A stretch of 32,000 nucleotides of DNA from Paramaledivibacter caminithermalis DSM 15212. Its GTDB lineage: Bacteria > Bacillota > Clostridia > Peptostreptococcales > Caminicellaceae. Below the pieces are notes generated by a model, which was given only the letters and a program-made list of their open reading frames with translations, did no database searches and was not told the DNA's origin. This document shows, one piece after another, positions 25,907 to 32,000 of the stretch. Made by a program: the position numbers and the translations under genes. How positions within the stretch are numbered: position 1 is the stretch's first letter; each line of letters opens with the position of its first letter. The stretch is taken from positions 104,802-136,801 of the forward strand of contig NZ_FRAG01000005.1 in NCBI RefSeq assembly GCF_900142245.1, given 5' to 3'.

Positions 25907-27124
25907 GTGAACTTTATTGAGAGTATAAAGGTGGCCATCAGTGCTATATGGGTAAATAAGATGAGGTCTTTGCTTACAATGCTTGGTATAATAATAGGTA
26001 TATCATCTGTTATAGCTGTAGTCGCATTGGGACAAGGGAGTAAAAACATGATGAATAAAGAGTTTGAAAGCTTTGGTGTCAATAGAGCAGCTATATGGCA
26101 TAATTGGAGGAAGAACCCCACATCAAAGGATTATATGAATCATGAAGATTTAAAGGCATTAAGAAGGGCTTTTGAAAAGGAAATTTCAGCTATGTCCCAT
26201 TATTTTGATACTACGGGTGAGATAGTAGCTGGCAAGGAAAAGAAAAGTGTTTATATATATGGAGTGGAACATGAATATAATAATATTGATAAGAAAGAAA
26301 TTATTAAGGGTAGATATTTAGTTGAAGGAGATATTAAGGCTAAGAGGAATGTGGTTGTTATTGATGAGGAATTAGCATTGGATATCTTTGGTAGAACCAA
26401 TGTTTTAGGAGAAAGAATTATTGTAAATACTAGAACAAATAGTATTTCTCCAGTTATAGTTGGTATATATAAAAATAAAAAATCACTGTTTTCTGGAGGC
26501 TTTGGTGGAAATAGTCCCAAATATCTTTACTTACCAGTATCAACAGTAGAAAAGATGTTTGGTGTTGGAGATAGAGTATATATGGTGGAAATGAATCTAA
26601 AACAAGGTGTTAATATTGAAGAAACCTTAAATAAGATGATAAAATTGTTAGAAAGACGTCATGGAAATGCTGGTAAGGATAAATATAGAAGCTATAATGC
26701 CGAAAGTGAAATGGAATCAGTTAATAAGATAACAAGTGTGATGACCATGGTTGTGGGAGCAATAGCAGCTATTTCATTATTGGTTGGAGGAATAGGTGTT
26801 ATGAACATCATGTTGGTATCGGTTACAGAAAGAACTAGGGAAATTGGTATTAGAAAGGCTATTGGGGCTAGACATAGAGATATTCTTTTACAGTTTTTGG
26901 TTGAGGCAGTTATTATCTCAGGAATTGGAGGAATGATTGGAACGATTTTAGGAATAGGATTTTCCTACATTATATCAAACTTCATAAAAATACCACCTAC
27001 TGTCTCTCCTATGACGATACTGATTGCCTGGGTTTTCTCAGCAGGGGTAGGAATTTTCTTCGGAATTTATCCTGCAAACAAGGCTGCAAAGCTTGATCCA
27101 ATAGAAGCCTTGAGGTATGAGTAG
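25907..27124 (+). CDS. ABC transporter permease, MacB-type (periplasmic MacB_PCD plus FtsX domain)
   Basis: N-terminal TM, ~220-aa extracytoplasmic domain, C-terminal FtsX-like 3-TM bundle (ERTREIGIRKAIGA). GTG start after AAAGGAG. Confidence 0.88.
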   Translation: MNFIESIKVAISAIWVNKMRSLLTMLGIIIGISSVIAVVALGQGSKNMMNKEFESFGVNRAAIWHNWRKNPTSKDYMNHEDLKALRRAFEKEISAMSHYFDTTGEIVAGKEKKSVYIYGVEHEYNNIDKKEIIKGRYLVEGDIKAKRNVVVIDEELALDIFGRTNVLGERIIVNTRTNSISPVIVGIYKNKKSLFSGGFGGNSPKYLYLPVSTVEKMFGVGDRVYMVEMNLKQGVNIEETLNKMIKLLERRHGNAGKDKYRSYNAESEMESVNKITSVMTMVVGAIAAISLLVGGIGVMNIMLVSVTERTREIGIRKAIGARHRDILLQFLVEAVIISGIGGMIGTILGIGFSYIISNFIKIPPTVSPMTILIAWVFSAGVGIFFGIYPANKAAKLDPIEALRYE

Positions 27125-27150
27125 AAAATGAGTAAAAGGAGGAATATTCA

Positions 27151-27858
27151 ATGAGTGATGATGGTTTTATTAATACTCAGTTTGAAGAAGATAATGAGGA
27201 ATCGAAGTTGTCTTTTTTTCAGAGGTTTGTAAATGTATTTGTAAATCCTATTAAGGTTATGGAGGACATTTCCATAAAACCAACTTTACTATTTGCTATA
27301 TTACCTACATTATTAGTATTTACTTTGTTAAATGTATTAAAAATTGATTTGCTAAAGGAATTCACCCTCCAGCAGATGGAGCTAAATCCAAATTCAGTAG
27401 AGATACCTGAAGAAATTATGATGACTACAGTATATATTGCTTCAATAAGTGCTTCCATTATGCCTATAATCATGGCACTGTTTAAAGGATTAATTTCCCA
27501 TGGCATTACAAGGTTATTTGATGGTAAAGGGGATATAAAGCAAAGTTTATCGGTTATATTTTTTTCATATTTCATAGTAATGTTGGGGGAGATTATTAAG
27601 ACAATAATATGCTTATTAACACAAAGTTATTTTGTTACCATATCTTTAGCTTCTGTTATACCAAATTTAGAATTTAATACACCTTTATACAATTTAATGA
27701 CACAGTTTGATATATTTATTTTATGGTATTTGATAGTTTCAATGATAGGAATTAGTGTTGTTCATAGGATTAGTAAAGGAAAGGCTGCAGTAGCAGTATT
27801 TGGTCCTTGGAGTATTTTAATTGTATATCATGTAGTGTTAGCTATTATTATGCAGTAA
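27151..27858 (+). CDS. Yip1-domain-like polytopic membrane protein
   Basis: 235 aa with a soluble acidic N-terminus followed by about 5 TM helices. FVNVFVNPIKVMEDI resembles Yip1-family N-termini. RBS AAAGGAGG. Confidence 0.55.
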   Translation: MSDDGFINTQFEEDNEESKLSFFQRFVNVFVNPIKVMEDISIKPTLLFAILPTLLVFTLLNVLKIDLLKEFTLQQMELNPNSVEIPEEIMMTTVYIASISASIMPIIMALFKGLISHGITRLFDGKGDIKQSLSVIFFSYFIVMLGEIIKTIICLLTQSYFVTISLASVIPNLEFNTPLYNLMTQFDIFILWYLIVSMIGISVVHRISKGKAAVAVFGPWSILIVYHVVLAIIMQ

Positions 27859-28087
27859 AAAAAGGATTCATAGGGACAGTGGGGAACTGAGGGAAATATA
27901 ATATCAAAGGAAAATGTGATATGGGAAACGATATATTTGATTCAAATTTTTATCATTTGGTCAATGTATCTATTCTTATATCACATTTTCTTATGTATTA
28001 CTAAAATTTGTGGTTATATAAATAATAGTAGTATATAATATAAAAATATAGAATGAAATTAGCTGAAAATTAAAGGAGAAAGGAAAA

Positions 28088-29122
28088 ATGGAAAAAAAAT
28101 TAATAATTTTAGCACTGGAATCGAGTTGTGATGAAACATCGGCTGCTGTCCTAAAGAATGGCAGGGAGGTACTTTCAAATATTGTATCTTCTCAAATAGA
28201 TTTACATAAGAAGTTTGGAGGAGTAGTACCAGAGGTTGCATCAAGGAAGCATGTAGAAAATATTAGTTATGTTATCGATGAAGCCCTTGATAAAGCTAAT
28301 GTTAGCTTTAAGGATATAGATTTAATAGGTGTAACCTATGGACCAGGTCTTGTTGGAGCTTTACTTGTGGGTTTGTCAACTGCTAAGGCTTTGGCATATT
28401 CATTAGATAAACCCCTTGTAGGAGTAAATCATATTGAGGGACATATTTATGCAAATTTTATTGAACATAAGAATTTAGAACCTCCATTTATTTGTCTAAT
28501 AGTGTCAGGAGGGCATACTCACTTAGTATATATGAAGGATTATGGAGTATATGAGGTTCTTGGAAAAACTAGAGACGATGCAGCTGGAGAAGCCTTTGAT
28601 AAGGTTGCAAGGGCAATAGGCTTGGGATATCCTGGAGGGCCTATAATCGATAAACTCTCCAAGAAAGGAAATAAGAATGCAATTAATTTTCCTAGAACCT
28701 ACTTGGAAAATGATAGCCTTGACTTTAGTTTTAGCGGATTAAAATCTGCTGTTTTAAATTATCTTAACAATTCAAAAATGAAGGGAATTTCGATAATCAA
28801 GGAAGATGTAGCAGCAAGCTTTCAACAAGCCGTTATTGATGTTTTAGTAGACAAGACAATATTAGCTGCTAAAAGATGTGGAGTTGATACAATCGTCATA
28901 GCAGGTGGAGTAGCTGCTAATAGTGGACTAAGGCAATTGCTCAAAGAAAGAACCGAGAAGAATAACTTTAAATTAATGTTTCCCCCAATATCTCTATGTA
29001 CAGATAATGCTGCTATGATAGGCTGTGCAGCATATTATGATTATATAAATGGGTATTCAGCGGATATGTACTTAAATGCTATACCAAATTTAAAGATTGG
29101 TCAAAAATATGAAAGAATCTAG
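28088..29122 (+). CDS. tsaD: tRNA N6-adenosine threonylcarbamoyltransferase TsaD (Gcp/Kae1 family)
   Basis: [48 protein letters not shown]. Confidence 0.95.
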   Translation: MEKKLIILALESSCDETSAAVLKNGREVLSNIVSSQIDLHKKFGGVVPEVASRKHVENISYVIDEALDKANVSFKDIDLIGVTYGPGLVGALLVGLSTAKALAYSLDKPLVGVNHIEGHIYANFIEHKNLEPPFICLIVSGGHTHLVYMKDYGVYEVLGKTRDDAAGEAFDKVARAIGLGYPGGPIIDKLSKKGNKNAINFPRTYLENDSLDFSFSGLKSAVLNYLNNSKMKGISIIKEDVAASFQQAVIDVLVDKTILAAKRCGVDTIVIAGGVAANSGLRQLLKERTEKNNFKLMFPPISLCTDNAAMIGCAAYYDYINGYSADMYLNAIPNLKIGQKYERI

Positions 29123-29169
29123 AGTATTAATAATTGAGGTGAAAATGGTAAACAATAACTACTTCATAA

Positions 29170-29209
29170 AACCTACTTATGTAAACCATAAGCAGGTTTT
29201 TTCTTTTTT
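29170..29209 (+). terminator. Rho-independent terminator after tsaD
   Basis: 12-bp stem AACCTACTTATG / CATAAGCAGGTT (one mismatch), loop TAAAC, then TTTTTTCTTTTTT. Confidence 0.8.
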
Positions 29210-29332
29210 ATCCACAATTAACACAATATATGTGGATAAAAATGTGGAAAATGTTAATAAATCATGGAAAACGGGTTTTTGCTAATAAAAATGTGGATTG
29301 TTTTGTGAATAATGTGGAAAATATGTGGATAT
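29208..29332. promoter_or_regulatory. DnaA-box cluster 2, in the tsaD(gcp)-ABC-F(ydiF) gap
   Basis: Perfect TTATCCACA at 29208-29216 and perfect TGTGGATAA at 29231-29239. One-mismatch boxes at 29243-29251, 29304-29312, 29313-29321 and 29324-29332. A two-mismatch box at 29292-29300. Confidence 0.75.
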
Positions 29333-29475
29333 CAATGTATATAATAGCCCTTACTTAATTTATATGAAACTACTTAAGAAAATATGACTAAAAAATAAGG
29401 TAAACATAATATTTATAGAGATTAATCATGCTGTAAAAACCTTTCTCCTTTTCCTATCTCCTTTAACCTTTTTTA

Positions 29476-29506
29476 AAGTAAAAAAGTCTGGAAATAAATC
29501 CAGACT
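29476..29506 (-). terminator. Rho-independent terminator for acpP (minus strand)
   Basis: AGTCTGGA / TCCAGACT 8-bp stem (29485-29506) overlapping the TAG stop. On the minus strand it is followed by UUUUUACUUU. Confidence 0.75.
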
Positions 29507-29735
29507 AAATTCTTTCTTCTACATATCTAACTATATCACCAATATTTTTGAAGTCTTCAGCGTCTTCATCAGGAATTTCAATGTCAAATTCATCTTCGAT
29601 GGCCATTATAACTTCTACTGCATCTAAAGAATCAGCTTCAAGGTCATTCATTAGGGAAGTATCCATAGTGATCTCAGTTCCTTCGTCTAAACCTAATTGT
29701 TCAATAATTAATTCTTTAATTTTATCCAATACCAT
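29505..29735 (-). CDS. acpP: Acyl carrier protein, AcpP-type
   Basis: 76 aa. [29 protein letters not shown] matches the canonical AcpP DSLD site and helix II/III. RBS AAAGGAGG. Confidence 0.9.
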   Translation of the reverse strand: MVLDKIKELIIEQLGLDEGTEITMDTSLMNDLEADSLDAVEVIMAIEDEFDIEIPDEDAEDFKNIGDIVRYVEERI

Positions 29736-29812
29736 TAGTTTTCCTCCTTTTAGATAATTTTTATCATTTATTGTAGTCTTTCTTTAAATTATCATATTAA
29801 TAATCTATTACT

Positions 29813-29840
29813 ATTATACTTAAAATTTTATGATTGTCTA
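29813..29840 (-). promoter_or_regulatory. Candidate sigma-A promoter for acpP (minus strand)
   Basis: Read on the minus strand: TAGACA (29840-29835), 16-nt spacer, TATAAT (29818-29813). Confidence 0.45.
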
Positions 29841-29848
29841 GAAGAATT

Positions 29849-31759
29849 TTATATTTTTTCTTCCCATTGGCTGTATAAATTCTCTAATTCACGCTTTATA
29901 TTTTCATATTCATTATGGAGCTGTTTACTTTTATCGGGATTGGCATAAACATCCTTATCACACATTAAATGCTCTAATTCATTTAACCTAGTTTCAAAAT
30001 CCAATATCTTATCTTCAAGTTCTTTTATCATCTGCTTATGTTTCTTCTTTTCAGCTTCTTCTATCTTTTTACGTTTTTTTTCTTCTTTAAGCTTAGTTTT
30101 TGTTATAGTTTCAGAGTTTTTATCATCAGTAGATTGTTCCAGCTGTTTTTTCTTTTCTATATAATAATCATAGTTGCCTAAGTATTCTTTAATACCATCC
30201 TGAGAAATTTCTAGTATTTTTGTGGCTATTTTGTTTAGAAAATATCTATCATGGGATATTGTAAAAATAGTACCATCATACTCTAATAATGCATCTTCTA
30301 ATACTTCCTTTGAAGGTAAATCTAAGTGATTCGTAGGTTCATCCAGTAATATGAAGTTGGCACTGGAAAGCATAAGCTTTAAAAGAGATAAGCGGCTTTT
30401 TTCTCCACCACTTAAGTTTCCTACTTCTTTAAAAACATCATCTCCTGTAAAAAGAAAGGCAGCTAAGAGATTTCTAGCTTCTGGAATAGAGATTTTAGGG
30501 TTTTCATTACATATTTCATCTATAAGATTATTATTGGGATTTAAATTTTCTTGCTCCTGATCATAATATCCTATAAAAACGTTGTGACCTAAAACAATAT
30601 CTCCACTATCATAATTTAGCTTATTTAACAATATTTTAAACAAAGTAGTTTTACCTATACCATTTGGACCAATTAAAGCTACCCTTTCATTTCTGTATAT
30701 ATTAAAGCTTATATTTTGGAACAGAGTTTGATTATCAAAGGATTTAGATAAAGCATTAACCTTTAAAACTTCCCTGCCGCTTTTTTCCTTTGACTGAAAT
30801 TTGATTTGTGTCCTGTGATTATTAATAATGGGTTTATCTAAAACATTAATTTTTTCTAAACGTCTTTCCCTGCTTTTGGCACGATTTGCTAATTTTTCAG
30901 TGCCATGCTGCTTAAATCTTCTTATTATTTCCTCTTGCTTAGCTATTTCCTTTTGCTGTTGTAGATACTGCTTCATTTGCTGCTTATACATGCTTTTCTT
31001 ATAATCTATATATTTTGTATAGCTTCCTTCAAACTGAACGATATTTTTGTTTTCAATTTCAAAAACTTTATTAGATATTTGATCTAAAAAATACCTGTCG
31101 TGGGATATTACTAAAAGAGTTCCAGAATAATTTTTAAGAAAGCCTTCTAGCCAGTTGATTGCATCGATGTCCAAATGATTTGTTGGTTCATCTAAAAGCA
31201 AAATATTGGGTTTTTGAAGTAGAAGCTTAGCAATATTGAGCCTAGATTTTTGTCCACCACTGAGCTTCATGATTTCCTTTTCAAAGTCTTCATCACTAAA
31301 ACCCAGCCCCTTAAGAACGCCTCTAATTTCACTTTTATAACCATATCCATTTTTATTGTTAAATTCATCCAGAAGATTAGAATAGAGGTTCATTAGATTT
31401 TTAAATTCATTACCTTCATGATTTGTTGTTTTTGATATTTGATATTCAAGGTTTCTAATTTTTTTTTCCATCTCGATTATATCTTCGAAAACTGTTAGAC
31501 ATTCTTCAAAAATTGTTTTTTCATTATCAAAACTTAAGTTTTGTTTTAAATACCCTATATTCAAATCCTTAGAAATATATATATTTCCCTTATCATAAGA
31601 ACTTTGATTAGTTAAAATTCTAAAAAGGGTGGATTTTCCAGTACCATTCTTACCAATTAAACCTACTTTGTCCCCAATATTTATAGTGAAAGAAATATCT
31701 TCCAATATTAAATCAATTCCAAAGGATTTAGTAACATTATTACATGAAATTGCTATCAT
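29849..31759 (-). CDS. ABC-F family ATPase (YdiF/Uup-like, two ABC cassettes, no TM domain)
   Basis: Cassette 1: GKNGTGKST, LSGGQKSRLNIA, LLLDEPTNHLD. Cassette 2: GPNGIGKTT, LSGGEKSRLSL, ILLDEPTNHLD. Lysine-rich linker and C-terminal coiled coil. Convergent with tsaD, as ydiF is in B. subtilis. Confidence 0.92.
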   Translation of the reverse strand: MIAISCNNVTKSFGIDLILEDISFTINIGDKVGLIGKNGTGKSTLFRILTNQSSYDKGNIYISKDLNIGYLKQNLSFDNEKTIFEECLTVFEDIIEMEKKIRNLEYQISKTTNHEGNEFKNLMNLYSNLLDEFNNKNGYGYKSEIRGVLKGLGFSDEDFEKEIMKLSGGQKSRLNIAKLLLQKPNILLLDEPTNHLDIDAINWLEGFLKNYSGTLLVISHDRYFLDQISNKVFEIENKNIVQFEGSYTKYIDYKKSMYKQQMKQYLQQQKEIAKQEEIIRRFKQHGTEKLANRAKSRERRLEKINVLDKPIINNHRTQIKFQSKEKSGREVLKVNALSKSFDNQTLFQNISFNIYRNERVALIGPNGIGKTTLFKILLNKLNYDSGDIVLGHNVFIGYYDQEQENLNPNNNLIDEICNENPKISIPEARNLLAAFLFTGDDVFKEVGNLSGGEKSRLSLLKLMLSSANFILLDEPTNHLDLPSKEVLEDALLEYDGTIFTISHDRYFLNKIATKILEISQDGIKEYLGNYDYYIEKKKQLEQSTDDKNSETITKTKLKEEKKRKKIEEAEKKKHKQMIKELEDKILDFETRLNELEHLMCDKDVYANPDKSKQLHNEYENIKRELENLYSQWEEKI

Positions 31760-31838
31760 TTTGTTGCCTCCTAAATCTTCTTTGCATATAAATTATTTTA
31801 TCATAAAGATAAGTAACTTAATAATATATTTTTAAAAG

Positions 31839-31959
31839 GTGAGAAAATTGCATAATACGTTTAAAAAATTTTGGAGTACAAAATGTGGTGGAGAGAGTCA
31901 AGGAAGCTATCTACATATTGTATTTCAAAATTATTAGTGTTAATTATGCAAGTTTCTCA
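31839..31959 (+). repeat. Family-3 structured element, copy III
   Basis: GAGAAAATTGCATAATACGTTTAAAAAATTTTGGAGTACAAAATGTGGTGGAGAGAGTCAAGGAAGCTATCTACATATTGTATTTCAAAATTATTAGTGTTAATTATGCAAGTTTCTCA. Divergent from the ABC-F gene; whatever lies downstream is beyond the window. Confidence 0.85.
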
Positions 31960-32000
31960 GGTAAAAATATTAAAGCAACCCACCAATCTGGTTTCTATCA

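Noticed and set aside
29097-29285. 62-aa ORF overlapping the tsaD 3' end and the DnaA-box cluster
   Set aside because: It overlaps tsaD and runs through its terminator and the box cluster. It has no RBS and a low-complexity N/K/V-rich product.
35-31835. Remaining short overlapping ORFs in the track (minus strand unless marked +): 35-250, 613-813, 3192-3380, 4555-4743, 4865-5116, 5849-6127, 9806-10015, 10087-10293 (+), 12736-13032, 13110-13403, 14112-14357, 14385-14612, 14960-15175, 16519-16728, 16809-17012, 17793-18050, 20472-20660, 20678-21358, 21802-22026, 22290-22523, 23839-24045, 25840-26121, 26251-26520, 27219-27575, 28059-28244, 29548-29757 (+), 30351-30560 (+), 31629-31835 (+)
   Set aside because: All lie inside, or largely overlap, well-supported genes with recognisable family motifs. 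They show shadow-frame composition (S/L/F/I-rich) and lack ribosome-binding sites.

Overview
AT-rich Bacillota (Clostridia-like) chromosomal window, almost all genes on the + strand. Left 9 kb: the end of a pseudaminic-acid-type flagellin glycosylation cluster, pseI-pseH-[ACP-FkbH-VOC]-pseG. It is followed by a sigma-D-driven late flagellar operon (flaG-fliD-fliS), two FlgN-like small genes, a YjfB-like gene and a heptad-repeat coiled-coil protein. Middle: hpf, a DUF5317-like membrane protein, secA, prfB (programmed +1 frameshift), tex, an MFS transporter and an amidohydrolase. Right: t6A genes tsaE-tsaB-rimI and tsaD, split by a MacAB-type efflux operon plus a Yip1-like membrane protein, then acpP and a YdiF-like ABC-F ATPase on the - strand. 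I saw no defence system, toxin-antitoxin pair, CRISPR array, prophage or transposase. The unexplained signal is in the intergenic DNA. (i) Two DnaA-box clusters lie far from any dnaA/dnaN; one sits in the tsaD(gcp)-ydiF gap, which is a known DnaA-binding locus in B. subtilis. (ii) A ~120-nt structured element occurs in 3 copies. (iii) A ~105-nt long-hairpin element occurs in 4 copies, with compensatory substitutions and an outward promoter-like arm. (iv) A looser family of gene-end modules is built from 6-8 bp tandem oligomers around a GGTCAAAAGAAT-like core; one of these looks like a MITE with cargo. The best gene-level candidate for new biochemistry is the FkbH/ACP/VOC module inside the pse cluster. 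All coordinates and alignments were worked out by hand from the sequence; no database search was possible.
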